The notes below the pieces were generated by a model that was not told the DNA's origin, searched no databases, and worked only from the letters and a program-made list of their open reading frames with translations. The position numbers were made by a program, and so were the translations under genes. 64,000 nucleotides of DNA from an uncultured delta proteobacterium (GTDB lineage: Bacteria; Desulfobacterota; Desulfomonilia; UBA1062). Positions 45,783-56,214 of the stretch are shown in pieces. Within the stretch, counting starts at the first letter, position 1. Each line of letters begins with the position of its first letter. Location: contig CAWCTR010000001.1 of assembly GCA_963798485.1 (NCBI GenBank), positions 27,453-91,452 on the forward strand, written 5' to 3'.

Positions 45783-48700
45783 TCAATCGAATAAGACCAT
45801 CTGATCGGGCTTCGGCTTCTTGTGCTTCACCCTTGTATCTTCAGAATATGTGGCAGGGATCCGGCCCACGAACTCCGACGGGAGCTCTTGCGGGCATACA
45901 AGGTAGAGCAGGTCTTTTGCCCGGGTCATGCCGACATAAAATAGGTTCTGCTCCTCCTCAAGGGAAGACCCGGCCAGCGGGAATACCCCCCGCATGAGCC
46001 CTGCCATGAAGACGCACCTGAATTCAAGCCCCTTGGCAGCGTGCGCCGTGATGACATGGACCTTCTCGGCGCCCAAGGCACTCTGGTCATTACTGAGCCG
46101 GAGGAACTCCACAAAATTCTCCACGTTATCACCAAACAATTGTGCATATTGATAAAAAGGACTGCGGGCATCCAGGTCCGGGAGCTTGAAAATCTCCGAG
46201 GCATCTATCTTCGTGAGCCGCGCAGAAACAGACCCAGTCAATCCTTCCAGGAAAACCCCGGCCTGTTTAATCTTGTCTTGCATATGGCCAGCAGGATACT
46301 GTCCTGCTTGAATATTTTTCAAGGCCTGTTCCCCTACCCCTTTTACCGAAGGCTCCCATTCTTTGCCCACAAGCAGCCCGATGCGCTCCCTGATTCCGCG
46401 CATCTCGGCAAAAGGCTTGGCATAGGCGGTATCATGGGGGATTGATGCCCGTGCGAGGGCCTCCATAACGGGCATTGCCTGGCTTTTGGTGCGAACGATT
46501 ACTGCCATATCACTTAATCCGTATTCACCCTTTGCCTTGCCCACGCTCGAATGGGTAAGCCCGCCTGAAAGGGCCTCGATCTCCCGGGCAATGAAGTCAT
46601 ACGGCCTGTCGGTTCGAACGACCCTTATGGGTGATGTTTCCCGCTGAGCGCATACCGCATCGTGTCCGATAAAGGCGTTCGATGCAAAAGCTATATGGGC
46701 GCCCAGCCGGTGGGTGGCACTCAGGTGTATCTTCATACATTCGGGGCTGTCTTGAATAAAATCCTCAAAGGAGGCCTTGCTGCTCCCCCGGAAACCGTAT
46801 ATGGCCTGGTTCGGGTCGCCGATGACCATAACGCTCTTGGCGCCTTTGCTTAAGGCCTTAAGGAACGTGTATTGCAGAGGGTTGATATCCTGGAACTCAT
46901 CCACCATGACATGCTGCCAGTGCTGCGCACCCGCACCCGATGAAACGAGCCGAGTCGCTTCTTCGATAAGCCCCTCGTAGGTGAGAAAACCCTGTGACCT
47001 CATGAGGGAAAGCAGTCCCGCCTGCTCCCGGTCAAGGGCCTGCCCTGTGCTCTGACGCAGCAGGAGCCCATCAACCCATTTTTTTACATCCTTGATGAGA
47101 GCCTCATCCCCCTCACCCCGACCTCTCCCCCTGGCAGGGGGCGATGGGGAGAGGTCCTTGCCGATTGCCGGTGCAGCCGCCTTTTCCAGCATGGCTTCAT
47201 CGGCAATCTCAAAGCCCATACCTGCATCGTGCATGATCCTGGCCGCTAAAGAGTGGAAGGTAGTGACCTCTTTTTCTATTGGCTCCTCATTTTTGAGGTC
47301 GACCTTACCCAGCCTGTCCCTGATCTCCTGTGCAGCCCGGTTAGTGAAGGTAACGGCCAAGATCGGGGTTTCGCCCCTGTCAATCAGCTGCCTGACGCGC
47401 TCAACCAGGACACGGGTCTTGCCCGTACCCGGCCCGGCGATAACGGTGATGGGGCCTTCATCCCATGCAACAGCCGCGCATTGTTCATCATTGAGTTGCA
47501 ACTCGCTCCGGTCAGGCGCATCCTCGATCTTCTTCCCTAGGTATGTTCTCTTCTTTCTCACCGGTGCATCTACCAATCCTTGGGCAAAGAGCATGTCCTG
47601 CTCGTTATCCTTGAACACCCGTACGCGGCCGAACTTGCCGTCGTATCCAGCCTCTTTGTCCACCTCGCCCAGCCTCATGCGCTTTACAGCCAGTGCAAGC
47701 GTTTCTCCGGCCACGGACCTTATCTCATCTAACTCCGCATCCAGAAGCAGCGGCAGCTCGCCGCCAAGCTGCCCGGTAAGCTTCTCGGATAGAGCCATGA
47801 CCTTGTTCGTGGGGCTCGCAACATGCATGATCTCAGAGAGGATCTCTGTGAGCGGGATGAGTGAATAAAAATCCCTGGCGCTTTGAGGCCTCTCACCTTC
47901 GGGCCGGTCGGCAAGCTCCTCCACACGGTTCAATACGCCCACAGTGAGCGGCTTGCCGCACACGGGGCAGATGCCTTTATACTCCCTTGTCTGCTCCGGC
48001 ATGACCACCACACCACAGTCCCGGTGGCCGTCCAGGTGGTACTTGCCCTCCTCGGGGAAGAACTCCACGGTGCCCAGCAAGCCGACGCCGGTTACCATGG
48101 CCTTGCGGATAGCATAGTAGTCAAGTCACGGTCTCAAAGACCGTTGCCTCACGCCCCAGCTTTTCCGCAGAGTGGGCATCGGAGTTGGAGATGAGGTGAT
48201 ACCTGTCCAGGCTCTTCACCATCCAGTTCATGGGCGGATCGGAAGACAACCCGGTCTCTACGGCAAAGATGTGGGGCTCCAAGTCGAGATAGCATTCCTT
48301 GATGGTATCGAAGCCGGACTTCGACCCCAGGGCGGAGAACCACGGGGTCCAGATATGGGCCGGGATCAGGAAGGCATCCGCGCTTGCCTCCAGCACGATC
48401 TCCAGCAGGTTGCGCGAGGTGATGCCGAGGATGGGCCTGCCGTCCGAGAGGATGTTGCCGACCTTTGCAAGTGAGGCCCCTATCTTCTTTGCTATTGCTA
48501 GGTCCGGCGCGCCGATGACGTGGTGCACCTTGCGGACCCGCTCGCCTTGTTTATATATGGTGCTGATCTCACCGGTCAGGATGAAACGCGTCTGCGCAGG
48601 GTCGTTCCTGAGGCGGTACATGCCGGGCTCGGCCGGGGCAAGCTCCTCTTCCATCTCCTTCAACCATGACGGGTGCGTAAGGTCTCCGGTGCCGAGCACT

Positions 48701-48807
48701 GCTATGCCCTTTCGAACGGCTCCCCTTCCAAGTTCGGGAATGGTAAGGCTCTTGCTCGTGGCGCGGGAAAAGCGGGAATGGACGTGGAGGTCGCAGAAGA
48801 ATCTCAT
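45783..48807 (-). CDS. EndoQ-like PHP nuclease fused to a UvrD/REP helicase; frameshift near 48120
   Basis: DLHVHSRFSRAT, GTGDLTHP, PAHIWTPW, SNSDAHS and GKYHLDGHRDC..CPVCG, then AGPGTGKT, DEFQD, GDPNQAIYGFRG, AHAAKGLEF and YVGMTRA. Confidence 0.92.
47108..47154. repeat. Family A palindrome in frame in the UvrD domain
   Basis: CCCCCTCACCCCGACCTCTCCCCCTGGCAGGGGGCGATGGGGAGAGG encodes LSPSPPARGRGRGEG. Confidence 0.8.
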
Positions 48808-48904
48808 ATAGCCTCCTTATATATGTATTGTCCTCGATACTCTTTCAATTGCCGCGACAAGGTGGCTTGCCGTCGAAGTTCTGTTCTGCTATGGTGTCGG
48901 GCAT

Positions 48905-50560
48905 ATGAACTCTTATCTAAGGTATATTGCATTGCTTTTGGTCTGTGCGGTTATAGTAGCATGCCAGCAGGAGAATCACAAGGCGGTTGTCCCTAAGGCC
49001 TCCGGCAAGGCCATACCAGCCGATACCACCCCTGCCTATGGCGACGTGCTCGTGCTGTCCTCCATCGGCGACGCCAGCACACTCATCCCCATGCTCGCCT
49101 CCGATGCCTCCTCACACGAGGTGGCGGGCTTTCTCTTTAACGGGCTTGTCAAGTATGACAAGGACTACAACATCGTGGGCGACCTGGCCAGGAGCTGGGA
49201 TATCGAGAACGGCGGCAAGCTCCTGCGCTTTCACCTGCGCAACGACGTGCTCTGGCATGACGGGGCAAAATTCACTGCCAGGGACGTCATGTTCACCTAT
49301 AACCTCATCATCGACCCCAAGACCCCTACGGCCTATGCCGAGAAATACAAGCTCGTGAAGAGGGCGCGCATCCTCGATGAGTATACCTTTGAGGTGGAGT
49401 ACGACAAGCCGCTGGCGCCTGCCCTTATCAGCTGGGGATCGCTTCAGGTCCTGCCCGAACATATCCTCAAAGGCGTGGACATCACCAAGACACCCTTTGC
49501 ACGCGCGCCCGTAGGCACCGGCCCCTTTGCCTTCGTGAGCTGGCAGACAGGCCAGAAGATTACTCTGAAGGCCAATGAGAAATACTTTGACGGCATGCCC
49601 TTTTTCACCGGCATCAACTACCGCATCATCACGGACCAGAACACCGAGTTTCTGGAACTCAAGTCAGGCAGTCTCGACATGATGGGGCTTACCCCGCTGC
49701 AGTATCTCCGCCAGACCGAGACGCCTGAGTTCAAGAAGATGTTTGCCAAATACAAGTTCCTCTCCGACGGCTACACCTACCTGGGTTTCAACCTGAAGAA
49801 AAAGCCCTTTGATGACAAGCTGGTCCGCCAGGCCATCTCGTACGCCATCGACAGGGACGAGATCATCAAGGGTGTGCTCAACGGCCTGGGCGAGCCGACC
49901 ACCGGCCCCTACAAACCGGGCACCAAGTGGTACAACGCCAATGTCACGAAATACCCCTACAGCCCGGACAAGGCCAGGGAGCTGCTGATGAAGGCCGGTT
50001 ACCTCGACAGGAACGGGGACGGCATCGTGGAAAAGGACGGCAAAGACCTCACCATCACCATCCTCACCAACCAGGGCAACCCGCTGCGCGAGAAGACCGC
50101 CCAGATCGTCCAGCAACGGCTCAAGCAGGTCGGCATTGCCGTAAAGATCCGTATCATCGAGTGGACCGTGTTCCTGAAGGAATACGTGGACAAGGGCAAC
50201 TTCGACGCCGTGATCCTCGGCTGGAACATCCTGCAGGACCCTGATTTGTATAATGTGTGGCATTCGAGCCAGGCAGTCAAAGGCGGGCTCAACTTCGTAA
50301 ACTATAAGGACCCCGAGGTAGACAGGCTGCTCACGGACGGCAGGCAGACCTTTGACGAGGCAAAACGCAAGAAATGCTATGACCGCTTCCAGGAGATCCT
50401 GGCCGACCAGCAGCCCTATATCTTCCTCTATGCGCCCTACAGCCTGCCCGCGGTGAGCGAGCGCATCAAGGGGATCGTGCCCGCCCCTGCCGGTATCACC
50501 TACAACATCGAAAAATGGTACGTGCCCAAGGCTTATCAGAAATACACCACCTTACAGTGA
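48905..50560 (+). CDS. Peptide ABC transporter substrate-binding lipoprotein
   Basis: Lipobox IVAC; WHDGAKFTARDV, PVGTGPF and VRQAISYAIDR motifs. Confidence 0.95.
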   Translation: MNSYLRYIALLLVCAVIVACQQENHKAVVPKASGKAIPADTTPAYGDVLVLSSIGDASTLIPMLASDASSHEVAGFLFNGLVKYDKDYNIVGDLARSWDIENGGKLLRFHLRNDVLWHDGAKFTARDVMFTYNLIIDPKTPTAYAEKYKLVKRARILDEYTFEVEYDKPLAPALISWGSLQVLPEHILKGVDITKTPFARAPVGTGPFAFVSWQTGQKITLKANEKYFDGMPFFTGINYRIITDQNTEFLELKSGSLDMMGLTPLQYLRQTETPEFKKMFAKYKFLSDGYTYLGFNLKKKPFDDKLVRQAISYAIDRDEIIKGVLNGLGEPTTGPYKPGTKWYNANVTKYPYSPDKARELLMKAGYLDRNGDGIVEKDGKDLTITILTNQGNPLREKTAQIVQQRLKQVGIAVKIRIIEWTVFLKEYVDKGNFDAVILGWNILQDPDLYNVWHSSQAVKGGLNFVNYKDPEVDRLLTDGRQTFDEAKRKKCYDRFQEILADQQPYIFLYAPYSLPAVSERIKGIVPAPAGITYNIEKWYVPKAYQKYTTLQ

Positions 50561-50572
50561 CGGGGGTCGGCG

Positions 50573-51547
50573 ATGCTCCGCTACCTGATCAGGCGCCTTA
50601 CCATTCTCCTCCCCACCTTCATCGGCATCACGATCGTGTGCTTTGCCGTGATCCATTTGGCGCCTGGCTCGCCGACGGACCTGCAGACCCAGATGAACCC
50701 CGACATCACACCACAGGCCATTGAACAACTCAACAAGCACTACGGGCTCGACAAGCCGCTCACGACCCAGTACTTCCTGTGGATGAAAAGCCTGGCCCTG
50801 CTCGATTTCGGAAATTCCATTTCTTCGGATGCCAGGCCCGTGTGGGACAAGATCAAGGAACGCCTGCCCATAACCATCTACATCAACATCTCATCCATGA
50901 TCATCATCTTCCTGGCCGCCATCCCCTTAGGCGTCATCTCTGCGCTCAAAAGGGGCAGCGCCCTGGACCGGTCCATTACGGTCTTCGTGTTCATCGGCTT
51001 TTCCATCCCGGGCTTCTGGCTGGCGCTTATCTGCATGGACCTTTTTGGAGTGAGGCTCGGCTGGCTGCCAATCTCGGGCATCCACTCGCCCGAGTATATA
51101 AACCTTCCGCTATGGGGCAAGGTGGTTGACACCACAAGGCACCTCTTCCTGCCGGTCTTCATCTCGGCCTTCGGGTCGCTGGCGGGCATGAGCAGGTATA
51201 TGCGCTCCAGCATGCTGGAGATCATCAAGCAGGACTATATCCTCACGGCCCGGGCCAAGGGGCTAAGCGAGCGGACCGTGATCTACAAGCACGCCATGCG
51301 CAACGCCCTGCTGCCTGTCATCACCATCTTAGGCCTGTCCATCCCGGGGCTCATCGGCGGCAGCGTTATCTTCGAGAGCATCTTCGCCATCCCGGGGCTC
51401 GGCAAACTCTTTTACGAGGCCATCATGATGCGCGATTACAACATGATCATGGGCAGCCTTACCATCGGCGCAGTGCTTACACTGCTGGGCAACCTGATTG
51501 CGGACATTGCCTACAGCATTGCGGACCCCCGCATACGGGTGACATAA
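50573..51547 (+). CDS. Peptide ABC transporter permease (OppB/DppB type)
   Basis: [20 protein letters not shown] and IFAIPGLG motifs. Confidence 0.95.
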   Translation: MLRYLIRRLTILLPTFIGITIVCFAVIHLAPGSPTDLQTQMNPDITPQAIEQLNKHYGLDKPLTTQYFLWMKSLALLDFGNSISSDARPVWDKIKERLPITIYINISSMIIIFLAAIPLGVISALKRGSALDRSITVFVFIGFSIPGFWLALICMDLFGVRLGWLPISGIHSPEYINLPLWGKVVDTTRHLFLPVFISAFGSLAGMSRYMRSSMLEIIKQDYILTARAKGLSERTVIYKHAMRNALLPVITILGLSIPGLIGGSVIFESIFAIPGLGKLFYEAIMMRDYNMIMGSLTIGAVLTLLGNLIADIAYSIADPRIRVT

Positions 51548-51548
51548 T

Positions 51549-52376
51549 ATGGGTTTCTTCTCGCGGCTCTTGAGGGATAAGCTGGCAGTGGTGGGGCTGG
51601 CGATCGTGCTCGGTTTCTTCGTACTGTCCGCCCTGACGCCCACCATCGCGCCATATAACCCCAGCACCATCGATGTGAACAATATCCTGGCGCCGCCTTC
51701 AAAGGCACACCTCTTCGGCACCGACGATCTGGGCCGCGATGTGTTCACCCGCATGCTCTACGGCACCGGCATCTCGCTGAAGGTGGGGTTCGTTGCGGTG
51801 GGCATCGCCGTGCTCATCGGGACCGTGCTCGGGGCCTTATCGGGCTATTATGGCGGGATTCTGGATGTGATCATCATGCGCTTTGTGGACATCATGCTCT
51901 GCTTCCCATCCTTCTTTCTGATCCTGGCCGTGATCGCCTTCATGGAGCCCTCCATCTTCAACATCATGGCCGTCATCGGGTTCACCTCGTGGATGGGCAT
52001 CACGCGGCTGGTGCGCGCCGAGTTCCTGAGCCTCAAGGAACGTGACTTCGTACTGGCTGTCAGGGCCATGGGCGCAAGCAACGCCCGTATTATATTCGGC
52101 CACATCCTGCCCAATGCCATGGCCCCGGTGCTCGTGTCCGCCACGCTCGGCATCGCCGCCGCGGTGCTCACCGAATCCGCGCTGTCCTTCCTGGGAATCG
52201 GCGTGCAGCCGCCCACACCAAGCTGGGGCAACATGCTCACCCAGGGCCAAAACGTGCTGGGCATCGCATGGTGGCTCTCCTTCTACCCGGGCATGGCCAT
52301 CTTGATAACCGTGCTTGGCTATAATCTTTTAGGCGAAGGGATCAGGGACGCCATAGATCCGAGGCTGAGGCAGTAG
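51549..52376 (+). CDS. Peptide ABC transporter permease (OppC/DppC type)
   Basis: HLFGTDDLGRD, HILPN and LSFLGIGVQPPTPSWG motifs. Confidence 0.95.
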   Translation: MGFFSRLLRDKLAVVGLAIVLGFFVLSALTPTIAPYNPSTIDVNNILAPPSKAHLFGTDDLGRDVFTRMLYGTGISLKVGFVAVGIAVLIGTVLGALSGYYGGILDVIIMRFVDIMLCFPSFFLILAVIAFMEPSIFNIMAVIGFTSWMGITRLVRAEFLSLKERDFVLAVRAMGASNARIIFGHILPNAMAPVLVSATLGIAAAVLTESALSFLGIGVQPPTPSWGNMLTQGQNVLGIAWWLSFYPGMAILITVLGYNLLGEGIRDAIDPRLRQ

Positions 52377-52431
52377 GGCTGAGACACAATGACGGACTTG
52401 ACCGTGAAAAAGGCACAGCCCGGGTACATAA

Positions 52432-52530
52432 GTAGGTTGGTTTGAGGAACGAAACCCGACACTTAGAAAGACATTCGTATTCCCTATGATGAAGGTACAT
52501 GTTGGGTTTCGCAGGCTCAACCCAACCTAC
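52432..52530. repeat. GTAG-type REP doublet (REPIN-like, family E)
   Basis: GTAGGTTGGTTTGAGGAACGAAACCCGACA with the inverted TGTTGGGTTTCGCAGGCTCAACCCAACCTAC. Confidence 0.85.
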
Positions 52531-52535
52531 CTTCC

Positions 52536-52615
52536 CTTTTCATGCGTCATTCCCGCGAAGGCGGGAATCCAGTGTTTATCAGGATCCCTGGATCCTAAGC
52601 CTTCGCGGGGAAGAC
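52536..52615. repeat. Family C palindromic unit (ATTCCC-N8-GGGAAT core)
   Basis: GTCATTCCCGCGAAGGCGGGAATCCAG ... CTGGATCC..CCTTCGCGGGGAAGAC. Confidence 0.85.
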
Positions 52616-52670
52616 AAAGAGAACACGCTTTTTGAGCAGCCCCGCCATGGCAGCGGAAACCGGCCTTTCC

Positions 52671-53257
52671 ATGAGATTATTACACGTAATCAGACACCTG
52701 CCATTATTTTAATCCCCATGCTGGCCTTGATCACAGGCTGCGCCCACCGTCCGAGTGTGCCTCCGGGCTGTCAGATGGAGAAGCCATGCGATACGTGCAT
52801 CAAAGGAGTTCCCAATTTTGGTAAAGTCTCTGACGCCCTCTGGCGCGGCTCTCAACCGACACGCGAGGGATTCCGCAACCTGGAGACGGCTGGGGTGAAG
52901 ACCATTGTGAATCTCAAGTATTCCGAAGATGACCTTCCCATGCTTTCCGGCACAAAGCTAAAATACCTCTGGCTGCCCGAATTGCCGGGGTTTCCGGACG
53001 ATCAGGATCTCATCATCTTCCTGAAGGTCCTCGAAAATCCGGATAACTGGCCCGTATTCGTGCACTGCGAATATGGCAGAGACAGGTCCGGTTATATGGT
53101 TGCCGCATACCGGATCATTGTTCAGGACTGGTCGGTAGACGATGCGATCCACGAGATGTTCGACTTTCATTTCAACACGATCTTTTTCGAAAACCCCATT
53201 TTTCTACGCGCCCTGGATAAAGAGAATATCAGGCTGCGTGTCAAACGCGTGCCTTAG
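52671..53257 (+). CDS. Dual-specificity/tyrosine phosphatase family lipoprotein (CX5R)
   Basis: PNFGKV..LWRGSQP and PVFVHCEYGRDRSG motifs; lipobox LITGC. The start is probably 52671 (with a frameshift in a T run) or 52718; the ORF-track extension to 52499 is repeat DNA. Confidence 0.88.
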
Positions 53258-53390
53258 CTGATCCTTTACCAAATGCCTGCAACCACGACCTCCATATAAC
53301 TTGATCCTATCCTTCTTCTTACTGCCAGAGCCTGCCTGCTGCCTGTCAGCCATTGCTTTCCTGGCCTCTGAGGATTATTACTTCTTTATA

Positions 53391-53578
53391 AGAGGCAGTT
53401 GCAAAACTCACCAAAGTGTCACCCCCGCGAAAGCGGGGGTCCAGTAGGCTGTAAAGAAACTGGATTCCCGCTTTCGCGGGAATGACGCATGAAAAGAGAT
53501 CACCCTGAGACATGAAAAGACGGTATAGTTTCATGCTATGTCCTTCTCCCCTCGCGGGAGAGGGTCTGGGTGAGATGG
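53391..53578. repeat. Family C unit (53418-53486) and family A palindrome (53541-53578)
   Basis: GTCACCCCCGCGAAAGCGGGGGTCCAG...CTGGATTCCCGCTTTCGCGGGAATGAC; CCTTCTCCCCTCGCGGGAGAGGGTCTGGGTGAG. Confidence 0.88.
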
Positions 53579-53724
53579 TTATTTATTATCGTAGGAATGA
53601 CGCCGTGGACGGTTTTACGCCCCAAGGTATGGAACGATTTCGTCGGAAGACGATCTTGGACTTTTTAATTGATTCATAAGCCGGTACAATAACTGAACTG
53701 CTGTTCCAGGGGAGCAGATAGTTG

Positions 53725-55581
53725 ATGTCTCAACCACAAGACTACGAACAGGCCATAAAGGAAATCGAGACACTGAGGCAGCGGGTCTATGAGCTTGAGG
53801 CCTCGGAAACCCGGCTGAAACAGACCGAGGACGAATTACAGGCCTCGGAGAAGAAATACCGGACCATCTTTGAGAACACCGGGGCCGCCACCATCCTCAT
53901 CGAGGCGGATACGCTCATCACCATGGCGAATACGGAGTTCGAAAAGCTCACGGGCTTTTCCCGCGAGGACATCGAGGGCAAGATGTCCTGGGTCAGTTTC
54001 ATCCATAATGATGACAGGCCGCGGATGGTGGACTACCACAACCTACGCCGCGTCAATCCCGCATTGGCCCCCAGAAACTACGAATGCCGGTTCATCAACA
54101 GGGCCGGAAAGATACTCTCCTGCTACCTTACGGTTGCGGTCCTCCCCGGAACAACCCGGAGCATAGCGTCGTTCCTTGACATCACCGATATGCGTGAGGC
54201 GGAAAAAGCCCTGAAGGCCCAGGAAGAACAATATCGCCTGCTCGTGGAAACCATGAACGACGGCATCGGTGTGCAGGATGCCGCCGGTGTCATCACCTAT
54301 GTGAACGACCGTGTCTGCGAGATGCTCGGCTATACCCGTGATGAGATGATCGGCAGGCAGACCTCCGAACTTCTCAATGAGGCGTCAAAGGGCGTATGGG
54401 CTTCTGAGATGGCCAAGCGGAAGGTCAACCAGTATGAACCGTATGAGGTGGCCTGGCAGAACCGCGATGGCGAGCTCATCCACACCATCGTATCCCCCAT
54501 GCCGCTCCATGACGCCGACAGGAACTTTACCGGCAGCTTCGCGGTGTTCACCGACATCACAAGCCGGAAAAAGGCGGAAGAGGACCTGAGGCTCTCGGAA
54601 GAGAAGTTCGCCAAGGCCTTCCGGTCGAGCCCGGATGCCGTCACTATCACCACCCTGAAAGAAGGGCGCTTCTTGGACGTCAACGAAGGATTCCTCAAGA
54701 TCACGGGCTATGACCGCAGCGAGGTGATAGACCACACGTCCATAGAATTGGGCATCTGGCCGTCGCCTGAGTTCCGCCAAGACATCATGGACCAAGTGGC
54801 GGCCAAAGGCGGCATCAGTAATCTCGAGGTCGAGTTCCGCATCAAGTCAGGCGAGCTCCGCAAGATCGTCTATGCCGCCGAGTCGATTGATCTCCAGGGT
54901 CGGCCGTGCCTCATCTCCATCTTCACCGATGTCACGGGGCAGCGCAGGCTAGAGCGCGAGATCCTTGATGTGGGCGAGCGCGAGCGGCAGAAGATCGGCC
55001 AGGACCTGCACGACGACCTCCAGCAGCACCTCATCGGCATCGAGGCCCTTGCCCTGCTGCTGGAAAACCGCCTGGAGCTGGTCTCAAAGCCCAATGCCTC
55101 TCTCGCGCATGACATGGTCGCGCTTATCCGCGAGGCCATTGCCAAGACCCGGACCATTGCGCGAGGCCTGAGCCCGGTATACATAGACGAGGCCGCCCTG
55201 TTCACTGCCATACGGGACCTTACCAAACAGATCGAGTCCATCTTCGGCGTCTCCTTCCAACTGGATGTGAGCAAGGCGGCCCATGTGAAAGACAACGCAA
55301 CCGCGGTGCACCTCTTCCGCATCATCCAGGAGGCGCTGAACAATGCGGTGCGCCACGGCAAGGCCAGGCACATCGCCATCACTCTCAAGCCGAAGAAAGG
55401 CTCGATCATGCTCAGCATTGCCGATGACGGCATCGGCCTGCCCGACGAAATCGACCCGAAAAAGGGTCTCGGTATGAGCATCATGCACCACCGAGCGCGC
55501 ATGATCGGGGCCGAGCTGGTAATCAAGAAAAACCCCAAGGGAGGGACCTCTGTCATATGTCAGCTCACTCACGCATCATGA
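53725..55581 (+). CDS. PAS sensor histidine kinase (3 PAS, HisKA_3)
   Basis: ERQKIGQDLHDDLQQ, QEALNNAVRH, DDGIG and GLGMSIM motifs. Confidence 0.95.
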   Translation: MSQPQDYEQAIKEIETLRQRVYELEASETRLKQTEDELQASEKKYRTIFENTGAATILIEADTLITMANTEFEKLTGFSREDIEGKMSWVSFIHNDDRPRMVDYHNLRRVNPALAPRNYECRFINRAGKILSCYLTVAVLPGTTRSIASFLDITDMREAEKALKAQEEQYRLLVETMNDGIGVQDAAGVITYVNDRVCEMLGYTRDEMIGRQTSELLNEASKGVWASEMAKRKVNQYEPYEVAWQNRDGELIHTIVSPMPLHDADRNFTGSFAVFTDITSRKKAEEDLRLSEEKFAKAFRSSPDAVTITTLKEGRFLDVNEGFLKITGYDRSEVIDHTSIELGIWPSPEFRQDIMDQVAAKGGISNLEVEFRIKSGELRKIVYAAESIDLQGRPCLISIFTDVTGQRRLEREILDVGERERQKIGQDLHDDLQQHLIGIEALALLLENRLELVSKPNASLAHDMVALIREAIAKTRTIARGLSPVYIDEAALFTAIRDLTKQIESIFGVSFQLDVSKAAHVKDNATAVHLFRIIQEALNNAVRHGKARHIAITLKPKKGSIMLSIADDGIGLPDEIDPKKGLGMSIMHHRARMIGAELVIKKNPKGGTSVICQLTHAS

Positions 55582-56213
55582 TCGTCGACGATCACCCCAT
55601 CTTCCGCAAGGGCCTTGCACAGCTCATAGGCGAGGAGCCGGACATGGAGGTGTTAGGCGAGGCCGAGGATGTCCCCGATGCCAAGAGACTCTTCGAGAAG
55701 CTCAAGCCGGACATGGTGATTGTGGACCTCTCCCTGAAAGGGGCGAGCGGCCTCGAGCTCATAAAATACATCCATGAGCTCTCACCTGGCCTGCCCGTGC
55801 TGGTCATCTCCATGCATGACGAGCAGGTATATGCCGAACGGGCGCTGAAGGCCGGTGCCAGGGGCTATATCATGAAGCAGGAGATGACGGGCAAGGTCGT
55901 TACGGCCATCCGTCAGGTGCTGAACGGCAAGATGTTCTTCAGTGAAGACATCGTGGATTCCATCCTGGGCCGTGTCGCAGTAGCCTCCACTGCCGTCCAT
56001 AAAGACCCGGTGTCCACCCTGTCGGACCGGGAGCTGGAGGTATTCACCTTCATCGGACACGGCATGGGCAGGAAAGAGATGGCATCTGCCCTGAACGTGA
56101 GCATCAAGACCATCGGCACCTATAGGGAGAAGATCAAGGAGAAGCTTAACATCAGAAGCTCGCCGGAGCTGGCAAAACGCGCCGTGGAATGGGTGCAGTC
56201 GCAGGGGGGATGA
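55557..56213 (+). CDS. NarL/LuxR family response regulator
   Basis: IVDDHP, VDLSL, GARGYIMK and LSDRELEV..SIKTIGTYR motifs. Confidence 0.95.
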   Translation: MSAHSRIMIVDDHPIFRKGLAQLIGEEPDMEVLGEAEDVPDAKRLFEKLKPDMVIVDLSLKGASGLELIKYIHELSPGLPVLVISMHDEQVYAERALKAGARGYIMKQEMTGKVVTAIRQVLNGKMFFSEDIVDSILGRVAVASTAVHKDPVSTLSDRELEVFTFIGHGMGRKEMASALNVSIKTIGTYREKIKEKLNIRSSPELAKRAVEWVQSQGG

Positions 56214-56214
56214 A

